The notes under the pieces are model-generated. The model saw only the letters and a list, made by a program, of their open reading frames with translations, was not told the DNA's origin and ran no database searches. DNA of 39,982 nucleotides from Octopus bimaculoides (taxonomy: Eukaryota), in the NCBI RefSeq assembly GCF_001194135.2, contig NC_068981.1, positions 84,613,627 through 84,653,608 of the forward strand. The letters run 5' to 3'. Below, in pieces: positions 23,809 through 35,105 of this stretch (position 1 is the stretch's first letter; the number at the start of each line of letters is the position of its first letter). The translations under genes were made by a program, and so were the position numbers.

Positions 23809-24779
23809 NNNNNNNNNNNNNNNNNNNNNNNNNNNNNNNNNNNNNNNNNNNNNNNNNNNNNNNNNNNNNNNNNNNNNNNNNNNNNNNNNNNNNNNNNNNN
23901 NNNNNNNNNNNNNNNNNNNTATATACATAAACACATATAAATATATTATGTGTATGTATAATCATGCCAGAATGTCCCCGTGAGTACTAGGATGATAGCC
24001 ATAGGGCTTTCAAATGCAATCTTCTTACAGTGGTATGCTCGGTAAATTTGCTGTTTTGCTGTAAGCGTTTATTGGTCATGTCTATTGGAAAAACAATATG
24101 AACGAGAGAATTCCAGAGGATTATAGTCGAAAATAGAAGGGCTTGACAAAATGTCTACTTTGGCATTCCTGAAATACGATTCAGCAGTGACAATGAGAAT
24201 AGGAGAGGATAAGGTTTTGTTTAAATTTTATTATGTTCGATGCGTGTATCAAGTCTTCATTTTGTGAAACAGTTTCAATTTCAACTCTAAGACCAAGTTT
24301 AGCTTAATCTTGTTTTGCTTGCTATCTGTTCGGTATTTATTAATTAAAAGAAATTGATTCTGGCATAAAGAGAGTGAAAAAGATAGCCTATGATTCACTT
24401 TTAGGATTTACTGGACAGTGTTCGTTTCTTTTAGGTTTAACACTCATTTTAGTATTCTAAATCCCAAGTCTCGATAATTCCTAGCCCCTGGACATCTGTA
24501 TGTTTATAGAGCCTGGTGTCAAGATTAAGCACAATAACGCTCAAGTACACATGCGCGCACACGTATATACACACGCGCACGCGCAAACACTCGCACATAA
24601 ACACATACATACACGCGCGCATACATTTATACACACATATACATAAAAAGCAAATACGTATCCATATTTATATATATATCCACATATATATATACAAACC
24701 GGTGTTTCTTTTCATTTTATGCATAAATGTGCATTTGTACATAAACAAATACATAAATACAATATACATGTTTGTATGT

Positions 24780-24951
24780 AAATATCCACATTCACTTCAC
24801 AATAAAACACACACACACACACACATACACAACACACACACATACACAACACACACACATACACTCACAAATATTTTGTGAGAGATACTGAGAAAACGAG
24901 GGAGAAAATTACATATACATATGCATATGTGTGTGTTAGATATACATACAT

Positions 24952-24998
<47 letters not shown>

Positions 24999-25435
24999 CA
25001 TATATACATATATATATATATATATTTATANNNNNNNNNNNNNNNNNNNNNNNNNNNNNNNNNNNNNNNNNNNNNNNNNNNNNNNNNNNNNNNNNNNNNN
25101 NNNNNNNNNNNNNNNNNNNNNNNNNNNNNNNNNNNNNNNNNNNNNNNNNNNNNNNNNNNNNNNNNNNNNNNNNNNNNNNNNNNNNNNNNNNNNNNNNNNN
25201 NNNNNNNNNNNNNNNNNNNNNNNNNNNNNNNNNNNNNATATATATATATATATATATATAATACATATAATACTGTATATACAAATATAAAGACAGGGAG
25301 AAATATAGACTGATAAGTGTGCGTGTTTGTGTATGTGTGTGTGCGTGTGTGCGTGTTTGTGTATGTGTGTGTGCGTGTGTGCGTGTGTGTGTGAGAGAGA
25401 GCCTGCGTGTATTTGTGTGTGCATGTGTGTGTTCA
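24780..25435. repeat. Compound (CA)n/(TA)n/(GT)n microsatellite block around gap 25031-25237
   Basis: Direct reading. Confidence 0.9.
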
Positions 25436-26052
25436 TAACTCTATAAACTCTGCTTACAATTGCAGGACGGAAGGAGCTTCACAGAGACAACAATAAACGT
25501 AGTCCGTACATTCGAATGACCTATTGTACAATCAACTAGCCAACCATCATCCAATAACTCCCAATCTTCAGATAATATCATTATTCGAATCAGTTTTCTC
25601 CATCTAACTTCCTCAATATATTGTAAAGATTTGTCTACTAACCAGAGGCTATAGCTAAACAATAGTTCACATTTAACCGATAATTGTAAAATATCGGTGT
25701 TCACTTCATATGCTTGTTTCGCTTATTTAGATGCGTTTCGGCAATATTTCGTTATGCGTTTGTCTGTCTTGGTTCAAATTTTAAAATCCTCACGACTGAC
25801 TATATATTAAGGAGTTGAGAGATAAAGGAAAAGTGTGCGAGCGACAGAGAGAAAGGATTAAAAGGAGAGAAAGGAGAGAAGAGCATTCAGGAGAGTTGGT
25901 TTGGTATTTCTCTCTGCAAGTATGTTGAAGACCAGCCTACGTTTGCAAACTTACAGCATTTACTCAACTCAACAATCAATCTTGTATGGAAATCAGTTCA
26001 CATCCACTTATTGGTCAATTTGAATTGATTCTTTTAGCACATTTTCGACCTA

Positions 26053-26244
26053 CACATACATACATAAATGCATACATACATACATACATACATACATACA
26101 TACATACATACATACATACAAACATACATACATGCGTGCATACATACATACATACATACATACATACATTCATACATACATACATACATACATTCATACA
26201 TACATACATACATACATACATACATACATACATACATACATACA
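26053..26244. repeat. (TACA)n microsatellite, ~190 bp, imperfect
   Basis: Direct reading. Confidence 0.95.
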
Positions 26245-26638
26245 AGTTCAGGTTTATACCTGTAATCATTGGGGATCTGGGATATGTAACACACTGCCTG
26301 AATACCAATCTTGAGAAATTAGGCTTCTCAAAACCAGAAAGGAGGAAGCTTATTCGAAGACTACTGATCCAATCCATCACTGGAACTGTCAAAATATGTC
26401 AAATTTTCCAGAAGTTTATCATTTACATATATATGAGCATGTCTAGATATGCAACTATATGCATGAGAATACGTACATAAAACAAAACATGCAAATCTGC
26501 ACGTATACATACATACATACATACATACATACATACCCTACTGTTGATGTTGAAATTCCAATGAAGAGCCTTGGATCTAGGTTAGAAACAGGCTCTTTCT
26601 CTATTGGCGAGAAATCTTGAGATAAAACTGAACAATGA
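26241..26638 (+). mobile_element. RLE non-LTR family E, copy 2
   Basis: YKFRFIPVIIGDLGYVTHCLNTNLEKLGFSKPERRKLIRRLLIQSITGTVKICQIFQKFI, then the 3' UTR shared with copies 1 and 3; ends ..aacaatga|catacctac. Confidence 0.88.
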
Positions 26639-26663
26639 CATACCTACATGCGTACGTACATAC

Positions 26664-26710
26664 GTTGTATTACCAACAAACAAGATGCGGACAAATATCC
26701 GTCAAATGTA
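26664..26710 (+). repeat. Isolated partial copy of the palindrome arm at 27318-27368
   Basis: gttgt..caacaaacaagatgcggacaaatatccgtcaaatgtaaat. Confidence 0.8.
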
Positions 26711-27221
26711 AATGATATAAATAAAGATATTCACTGTTAGAATATGTCTGATCGTGAATCTGAACTGGAGCTAAGCAACAAACAATGACCAACGACTTAC
26801 TTAACCCGCAATAAAACATGCTCTAAAAATTTGAGTTAGTGTTAAGATATTATTATTGTGAGCATGAGAAATCTAATGATAAATACTTCTGCAGTCAAGA
26901 GATTAAAACGTTATCTCAATAGTTACTGTCATTTTGAGGATCTCGCAAGTATGAGGAACAACTTAAAACACATTTCTGTCACATTAGACCACGTTAGCTA
27001 AACATTGTCTTTCTTTATTATAACGAACGAAATTACTAATGAGGCAGGAACGAAACGTTGACGTCTTTAGAAATTGAAATTGGTTTGTACAATTGCGATA
27101 ACAAAAAGGAAGAGTGTAAAAAAATAACGAAAGGTAACGGTAACCTCAGAAATTCATTAAAAATGTTCTTATGTACTTTATTTACAATTGACGGATATTT
27201 GTCCTCATCTTGTTTGTTGTT

Positions 27222-27267
27222 AACACAACGTTTCGGCTGATACACCCTTCAGCTTTCATCAGATGTC
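27222..27267 (-). ncRNA. Minimal type-I hammerhead ribozyme-like motif
   Basis: GACAU-CUGAUGA-A-AGCUG[10 nt]CAGCC-GAAA-CGUU-GUGUU: 5-bp stem I, palindromic AACGUU in place of helix III, G10.1>A mismatch. Confidence 0.6.
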
Positions 27268-27279
27268 TTGGGGAAATTT

Positions 27280-27325
27280 GGAACCTGATGAAGGCTGGAA
27301 GGTATATCAGTCGAAACGTTGTGTC
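27280..27325 (+). ncRNA. Minimal type-I hammerhead ribozyme-like motif (stem I disrupted)
   Basis: CUGAUGA-A-GGCUG[10 nt]CAGUC-GAAA-CGUU-GUGUC. Upstream GGAAC pairs only 2 bp with GUGUC. Confidence 0.55.
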
Positions 27326-27699
27326 AACAACAAACAAGATGAGGACAAATATCCGTCAATTGTAAATAATGTAAATAATGTACATAATTCCTCATCACTT
27401 AAATATAGAACCGTAAAAATGTTTGTTTTCAAGAAATTGAAGAAGGGTATAGTAAATTTGAAAAAGAGATAGAGTATACTGAGTATCCATTATTAGTTTC
27501 TAAACGAAAAGTAGGAAAATGTGAATAGAAAAAGAAAGCATTTTCAAAATGCGAGACAAAAGACAAAATATAAACCTTACACAATGAGTGTTAAATAGCG
27601 AGTACATGTTTATTATTAGAGAGCATTTAAGCAATACAAGCATTTTAAAGTTAAAAGATTTTCAAATAAATGAAAAAGCATCTTTCTATTGAAAAATAA

Positions 27700-28500
27700 A
27701 TTTTAAAAGCCATTGTAAATTCTCTTGTACGAGTATTTGATTTTTTGACGCACTTCAATAATTCTTTTAAAGAATTTCCTGCCATTATTTTGTTTGACAA
27801 ATTTCAGATTTTTCTCTGGTTGCAATTTTTGAATTTTTAAGCATATGCACTTGGCTAACTTGTTCCACAGACAAACAGATTCTATTCAAAATATAAGAGA
27901 ATCGTAGCCGTGCATCATAGAGCATTAGCCCGAGATATCTTTCCATTTATTTATATTCTATTATGTTGTGTTTATCGAAACAAATGACAGCATCTCGATT
28001 CTCTGGAATAACCACACGGTTGATATATCCCTGATCAAAAAAGTTAGAGCTCCTTCATTATTGTTTGAAGCAATCCAGTTATCGACACGTTTGTCCCCGT
28101 GACTATGTAATGTATCTTCTTTGGATATTGGTTCAAAATTCTGCATCATTTCTTCCTTATCTGCTTTACACAAACAAAACATTAAGATCCTCTTCAAATC
28201 ATATTATTATGAATGCCCATGCTCTAACATATGAAGAAAAAACGTGGCCTTGAGTGTAAAATAGCATCGAAAGTTAAGATACAAGCATCACTTTTTCATA
28301 AAATTATTTCTATATTGTTGCCATATTTGGGAAGAATCATGATTAATAAAACTTGTAAATATATTTACCAGTAGTTGTTTGTCTTAGAATAGATTTAATT
28401 TCTCTTTCTCATTATTCCAAAGAATTTGATGTCTATTTGTGTCCCCCCAAAATATTTTTAGTTGCCTCAATCTGAAATCCTCTTAATGATACCAAAATAA
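27700..28500 (-). mobile_element. Possible highly degraded L1/Tx1-like ORF2 C-terminal remnant
   Basis: Weak motif hints only: HQILWNN and RLRFSYILNRI in broken minus-strand frames. Confidence 0.25.
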
Positions 28501-29142
28501 ATTCGAACTGTAGTGAACTAATGTAAATCATTTTCTTTTAATGTCTTTATCTAGCCATGCATTTTGTGGATCTTGCAAGACAAGTGGCAAATGCATTACT
28601 TTCAACAAATCCTAAAGGTGATAGAACTTACTAGCTAGTAAAATTATTATTTGTGTTAACCAGAAACATTTGTTTTGGCAAAAGAAAATACTGTCAATTG
28701 TTCTTTATGTCTAAAATCACGAATATATGATTCGTTAATAGTTGTCAGTCTTCTTTTTCTTTGAAATCTTTAGCTTTAATTAAAATCACAGTTTTGTTTA
28801 CATATCGAAATCCTGCAGTTTCTCTCTTCTACATGTTGGAATAAGTGAAAACTCAGTAACAAACACTATTGAGTTCTCTCCCCATTTAACAGGTGTTGCT
28901 TTTCGTCCTGCAGGGAGTCCAGTGAAAACCACCATCCTTACCAATCATGTTTAGTAGAGTTGCCAGTTTTATCGCCGACGGCCCGACCATGCGACAGGTT
29001 GTACTGGGTTATATGCAACCAGTAGCACTAAGAATGAGCTGGCATGCATATTTTCACATACACACACACACACAAACACACACATACATACATACATACA
29101 TACATACATACATACATACATACATACATACATACATACATA

Positions 29143-29633
29143 ATGGACCTGATATAATGATTTGGGATAGAAAAGAGAAACTGTGTACAGTTGTGGAAAA
29201 CGGTTGCCCTGCTTATGTTAATATAAAGCTGAAGATTAGTGAAAAAGAGAGTACCTACGCTGAACTAGGTTTATACGTGTAATTATTGGAGCACTGGGAT
29301 ATGTAACACACTGACTAAATACCAATCTTGCGAAATTAGGCTTCTCAAAACCAGAAAGGAGAAAGCTGATTCGAAGACTACAAATCCAATCCATCGCTAG
29401 AACTGAAATCTGTAAGACTGTCCAGACGTTTATCATTTAAATATATATGAGCATGTCTAGATATGCAAGTATATGCATGAGAAGACATACATAAAGCAAA
29501 ACATACAAATCTGCACATATACATACATACAAAAATACCTTGTTTCATGTGTCAATGAAGGAGCCTTGGAACTAGGTTAGAAAGCGACTCTTTTTCTATT
29601 GGCACGAAACCTTGAAATAAAACTGAATAATGA
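29143..29633 (+). mobile_element. RLE non-LTR family E, copy 3 (longest; includes the PD motif)
   Basis: GPDIMIWDRKEKLCTVVENGCPAYVNIKLKISEKESTYAEL [deletion] VIIGALGYVTH..KLGFSKPERRKLIRRLQIQSI..TFII*; ends ..aataatga|catccatacatac. Confidence 0.9.
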
Positions 29634-29679
29634 CATCCATACATACAAACATATATGTGTGTATCTTTAAGTACATACA

Positions 29680-29717
<38 letters not shown>

Positions 29718-29766
29718 CATATATATACGTACATACATGTGTATATATATGTGTGGCTATCGGACG

Positions 29767-29799
29767 CTGACGAAGGGAAATAACCCTGAAACCCGGGTC
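29767..29799 (+). ncRNA. Hammerhead core-like motif
   Basis: CUGACGA-AGGG(AAAUAA)CCCU-GAAA-CCCGGG-UC: stem II intact, palindromic ACCCGGGU helix III, GUC triplet. Stem I is not evident. Confidence 0.45.
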
Positions 29800-29926
29800 A
29801 TTTCTCAAAATACAATGTTTATATACCAAAAAGATTTTATAACATTTTTATAACATTTTTCTGACATAATTTAAATATATACTTTAACCATATAACACAA
29901 GCCTTCTGTAGTTTTTTCACTCTTAT

Positions 29927-29970
<44 letters not shown>

Positions 29971-30383
29971 TGTGCATTTACACACACATGCATACACACA
30001 TATCTCAATATATTCATCATTAGATGACAACTACTAACTAAGTGATTCCACCAACAGATTTGAGTATACAAAAATTATAACATTATAGCGTAAACAAAAT
30101 TAATAACGAAATCTATAACTTGCAGTAATGAAAAGAATCGATTTCTTAACAGGATGTTAATAGTGAAGCGAAAGAATTATTTCTATATTTTACAACTATT
30201 TATTTACCAACATCATAATATTGATACAATGTCCATAAAAACAGTACACCTTGTTCAGAAAGAACAATCCCGAATATTATTTGATTGGATACAAATAGCC
30301 AACATTGATTTTTGTTGCTACGTTTCGTATATGAGACGTCAGATGTAAACAAACAACGAGATTGAAGATGAAAAATGAGTAAT

Positions 30384-30433
30384 GTAAGTATATACCATAT
30401 TTCGGGGACTTTTGCCCGTTCATCAGCACCCAC
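30384..30433 (-). ncRNA. Type-I hammerhead-like motif
   Basis: GUGGGUG-CUGAUGA-ACGGGC(AAAA)GUCCCC-GAAA-UA(UGG)UA-UA-UACUUAC: 7-bp stem I (3 G-U), short helix III, imperfect base of stem II. Confidence 0.5.
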
Positions 30434-30705
30434 TTAATCCATTAAACATCCTCAAACACATCGCTTAAATAGTCTCTATATATAGCGGTGTATAGTCACT
30501 GGATATACCAGTTTACATATTAAACGCATGCCTGGAAGCTGGTACATAAATACTAATGACTTGTAGGTACGTGGTATTTCGTTATGCAACCATAATATAC
30601 TTTAAAGTATATTAAACGTTTTTGTAAGAAAATACTGCGTTCTACTTGACAGTATGAGTATTCAATTAAGCTATGGACTATATTGCTTAGTGTGTTCAGG
30701 TGAAC

Positions 30706-31130
30706 AGAAAATTCAGTGAGTTAGTTGAACTCTGTGAGAGCAATGGATGGGAGGCAATATATCTTCCCGTAGAGATAGGTGTTGGAGGGTTTGTTGGAAC
30801 TAGGGCTCACTTGATGCTCGGGAATTTTGGACCTAGTTGCGAAGGAGACAAAAGATGTTGCCAGAAAATCATCTGAAGCTGCTAAAACAGCAAATCATTC
30901 CAACTAGCTCAAGAGATAGGGCGAACGGTGCTGTAAGAACGAGCATTGAGGATGGTAGAAATATCTGTCCCAGTGTTGCAATATTTGACTCAACTAAGTT
31001 CTTGCTTTTGTGAGGGGCTTTTGTCACCTACTTCGGTGGACAGCTCCGGCAGTTCTGGTTTTGTGGTGGAAAGGGCCGAAACACTGAGCTGCTTCGCCGC
31101 TTGATGAGACATCGATTTCTGCATTCGGAG
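30706..31130 (+). mobile_element. HERO-like RLE retrotransposon C-terminus and probable 3' UTR
   Basis: RKFSELVELCESNGWEAIYLPVEIGVGGFVG..ARKSSEAAKTANHSN*LKR resembles the HERO-type C-terminal motif (KY.EL...C...GW....PVE(V/I)G.RGF.G...EAAE.AS.W.WLKR) as recalled. Confidence 0.6.
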
Positions 31131-32139
31131 ATACACAAGTGTTTGCCCTCAAAATATAACTTGCAAACATCAATAGAATCAATTTCTTAACAGGATGTCA
31201 CTACTAAAGTGAAAGAAATTTTTTTATCGAACAATTACGTATTTAACGACATTGTAATGTCGATACAAAGTCCATAAAATGAGCACATCTTGTTTAGAAA
31301 GAACAATCTCGAATAATAGTTTCCTTAGCAGTAAGTTTATTCGATTAAGCTGTAAACGATATTGCTTAGTATGTTATTGTCGGGTTTGTTTTCCAGCTCT
31401 TCATTAAATATCGAAGTGAAATCAATTCTACCTCATGTCTGAACAAGTCAACTGTTCTTTACTTGTTTTTCATTATCACTTATTTAGATAATACTACTGT
31501 TGTTTAGCGTCCTTGATTGGAATAAAAATAATGCGGCTGTGGATAGAAGTTTTGTTTTGTCTCGTTTTTGTTAGCGTTGGTTTTCTTCCTTTTCATTGTT
31601 GATTGACGGTTTCTCTACACAAAACGCATGAACATGAATTATATCTTATATATTATATTAGAAATAAAGTCTTTAATTATTTATCTGTGAACTGGAATAG
31701 TCAATCCTAGAAGTGAATCTATATTTCTGCATCCTTGTCGGCGGGAGAGAAATAATTTAAATTTAATGCCTTCGAGTTAAAAAGATAAACAATAGAACAA
31801 AAGCTCAGAAGTACTTATGAATATCTGCATGCACATGGGAGGTTGTGCACATGGGAGGCGTGTCCATACGCATGTGTGTGTTTGTTAGTGTTAGTGTGTT
31901 TGTTTTTTTTTGCACGTTTGTGTATCTATAAAGATAAGGTTGATTTAAATATTCAAAATAGAGCCCAGGAGGAAAATAACACCATCCATACTTATGTTTT
32001 ATTTATATAACACATTCTCTTTCTATTAAATACGCCAACACATTTATACCTACATATGTACACACATACACGCATACACACACACACATACATACATACA
32101 TACATACACACATACATACATACATACATACATACATTC

Positions 32140-32780
32140 TATCAGCCTTTTCACGCTCATTCGTTCATTCCACTCTTCGTTCTTTCGTTCCCTCTCTCTC
32201 ACATTTCCCTGCCTTCTCTTCTTGATCACTTTCCCTCTTCTTTTCACTTCACTGCGTCCCTGTCATTTTTTCTCGACCCTCTTTAATTCTTCTGTCCCTC
32301 TGCCTCTACCTCTTTCTCTTCTCTCCTCACGTGATCGGTGTTCGGCCAAGCCTGATCTTTCTTGGTTCCTCCCTGTGCCTGTGAAACCTTCTATCTCTGC
32401 CGTAAGGCGTTATTTCCACACACGCCAGCTTAATTTAATTTGTTCTTAATCGAAAGACACCTGTTGTTATGTCCTGTTATTTGTATTTGTGTAGCATTCT
32501 CCGTTTTTTTTTTCCGTCCTTATTTTCGTATACATTCACTGCTTTCTTCCAAGGAATCTAATGCTCTTAGCTTAGTTTTTCCTTGGAGCTAACTAGATTG
32601 GAGCAATCTCGAGTATAACCAGCCGAAATTGCAAAGATAATCTGGAACTCGATTGAGAAAAGAAAACTCCGAATGACTCGTCCTTGTTTTCTTTGTATCG
32701 TTTATCTGAATGTTTTGATGTCCCTTTTTTGTATCACCTGCCTGGACGTTTTGCGTTCTTGTCCCATTTTGTATTTTTTG

Positions 32781-32790
<10 letters not shown>
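32140..32790. repeat. Pyrimidine-rich unclassified sequence following (TACA)n, probably an interspersed repeat
   Basis: Strong CT skew directly after (TACA)n at 32085-32137. No coding motif; no second copy in the window. Confidence 0.3.
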
Positions 32791-32815
<25 letters not shown>

Positions 32816-33286
32816 NNNNNNNNNNNNNNNNNNNNNNNNNNNNNNNNNNNNNNNNNNNNNNNNNNNNNNNNNNNNNNNNNNNNNNNNNNNNNNNNNNNNN
32901 NNNNNNNNNNNNNNNNNNNNNNNNNNNNNNNNNNNNNNNNNNNNNNNNNNNNNNNNNNNNNNNNNNNNNNNNNNNNNNNNNNNNNNNNNNNNNNNNNNNN
33001 NNNNNNNNNNNNNNNNNNNNNNNNNNNNNNNNNNNNNNNNNNNNNNNNNNNNNNNNNNNNNNNNNNNNNNNNNNNNNNNNNNNNNNNNNNNNNNNNNNNN
33101 NNNNNNNNNNNNNNNNNNNNNNNNNNNNNNNNNNNNNNNNNNNNNNNNNNNNNNNNNNNNNNNNNNNNNNNNNNNNNNNNNNNNNNNNNNNNNNNNNNNN
33201 NNNNNNNNNNNNNNNNNNNNNNNNNNNNNNNNNNNNNNNNNNNNNNNNNNNNNNNNNNNNNNNNNNNNNNNNNNNNNNNNNNNNNN

Positions 33287-33530
33287 TGTGTGTGTGTGTG
33301 TGTGTGTGTATGTGTCTTTGTGTCTCTGTTTCTCCCCATCATTGCTTGACAACCGGTGTTGGGGTGTTTGCGTCCCCATACCTTAGCGGTTTAGCAAAGA
33401 AGCTGATAGAATAAGGACTAGTCTTGTAAATAAGTCTTTCAGTCCAATTATTCGAGAAAAACACTTCAAGGTGGTACTCCAGCGTCGCCACAGTTAAATG
33501 ATTGAAACATGTAAAAGAATAAAGGAATAT
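33287..33530 (+). mobile_element. Family-B SINE 3' half (5' half probably in gap 32816-33286)
   Basis: gcttgacaaccggtgttgg..cttagcggtt..gatagaataag..ggtactccagc..gttaaatgattgaaacatgtaaaagaa. Confidence 0.8.
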
Positions 33531-34014
33531 ATATCTACTTTCATCTCTTACAGAGATTTTCTAACAAACAAAATATAGCGTACACACATAAAACCATATT
33601 ATTCTCACATACATGCTTTCATAGATACACGCTTTCATAGATATATGCACCATGCGCGCACGCACGTGTATATACCCCTTCATGCACACATACACGCCCA
33701 TAACACGTACACACCATACATCGTGGCACACGCTTCCCGCATGCATACACAACATGCACACACGCCGCATGCATTTCTGTTCACACACACTCATACACAC
33801 ATACATGTTCACTCCCAAAAAAACTACACCCCAGCGCTTATACAAGAAAATACACAACCACACCCAATTCACACATATACATAATAATATAAATCTTACC
33901 CGCATAACTATTTCTACCAATTCATAAGACTGAACTCCAGATCAAATACTTTTCCCTGCTTCTCTAACTTCCTTTTACTCATTTTTTTCTTTCTCCTTTT
34001 TGTCTTCAAACACT

Positions 34015-34113
34015 TTCTCTTTCTTACTCACCTTCTCTCTCCCTTTCTTCCTCTCTCGCTCTCTCGCTCACTCTCTCTCTCTCGCTCACTCTCTCTCTCT
34101 CTATCTATCTCTA

Positions 34114-34201
<88 letters not shown>

Positions 34202-34215
34202 TCTCTCACCCTTCT
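34015..34215. repeat. (CT)n microsatellite
   Basis: Direct reading. Confidence 0.95.
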
Positions 34216-34385
34216 GTTTCTCTTCTTTTCTATGTTTCTTTCATTTGAAGGACAAACGTGCGAAATGCTGCACATTTTGTTCGAATATATGTGTGTGTGT
34301 GATTGGGTGTATTTGCGTGTGTGTGTGTGTACAGCTATGTATATGTACATATGTATATGCATATATTATCATTAATAAATTAATA

Positions 34386-34747
34386 ATTAATAAATCATAG
34401 GGCAGCAAAAAAATTTTTTTAATTTAATTTACCACCAGTGGTCCAGCGAGAATAAAAATTAGTCAATAGACTATATATATATTATTCATTTAAAATACAG
34501 AGATGCCTTGTGCTTACATGCTTAATTTTTCAAAATTTACCGCGCATGTGCGGTTTAACTTATCGGCAGTAAATATAAAACAAATGCCGATTTTCTTTCA
34601 GAAATTAGCCAAAAATATACTATTATTAATAAATCATAGGGCAGCAAAAAAATTTTAGAAATTTAATTTACCACCAGTGGTCGAGCGAGAATAAAAATTA
34701 GCCAATAGACTATATATATATTATTCATTTAAAATACAGAGATGCCT
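34386..34747. repeat. Near-identical ~122-bp direct repeats (34386-34508, 34625-34747), period 239 bp
   Basis: attaataaatcatagggcagc..aaaatacagagatgcct occurs twice with few differences. Confidence 0.9.
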
Positions 34748-34955
34748 ATAATAGGACATCTAACCCGCTAGAAAGAGCAGCAAAAAACTCTATATCACAA
34801 AAATAGGGATAATTTCGAATGAGAATGAAAAATAAAAACTTTTACCAGTCTATACTCTGTACCATGGTTTCAAGTTATTTAGCAAGATAAAAATATATCT
34901 TGCTCGGAAACTATCTTCAGCAGAGTACCGAGACAAGCGTGTAAACACGACTTGT

Positions 34956-35105
34956 GCTTCATCCAATTCCCGTTTACCAAATCCACTCACAAAGCTTTGG
35001 TTGGCCTGAGTCTATAGTAGAAGACACTTGCCCAAGTTGCCACGCAGTGGGACTGAGCGAAGAACCATGTGATTAGGAAGCAAGCTTATAACAACACAGC
35101 CACGT
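34956..35105 (-). mobile_element. Family-B SINE 5' half
   Basis: ccaaatccactcacaaagctttgg..tagtagaagacacttgcccaag..cagtgggactga..aagcaagctt..cacagcc. Confidence 0.85.

Larger units (their letters stand above)
27179..27368. repeat. Inverted repeat: ~84-bp arms (27179-27262, 27285-27368), 22-nt spacer, ~6 mismatches
   Basis: Arm 2 is the reverse complement of arm 1, checked base by base. Confidence 0.95.

Noticed and set aside
31070-31125. GGCC-GAAAC..UUGAUGA-GAC as a type-II hammerhead in the HERO-like UTR
   Set aside because: The core has C3>U, and stems II and III cannot be paired convincingly.
32645-32685. ..gaaaactccgaatgactcgtc as a hammerhead remnant
   Set aside because: Both conserved core boxes are imperfect.
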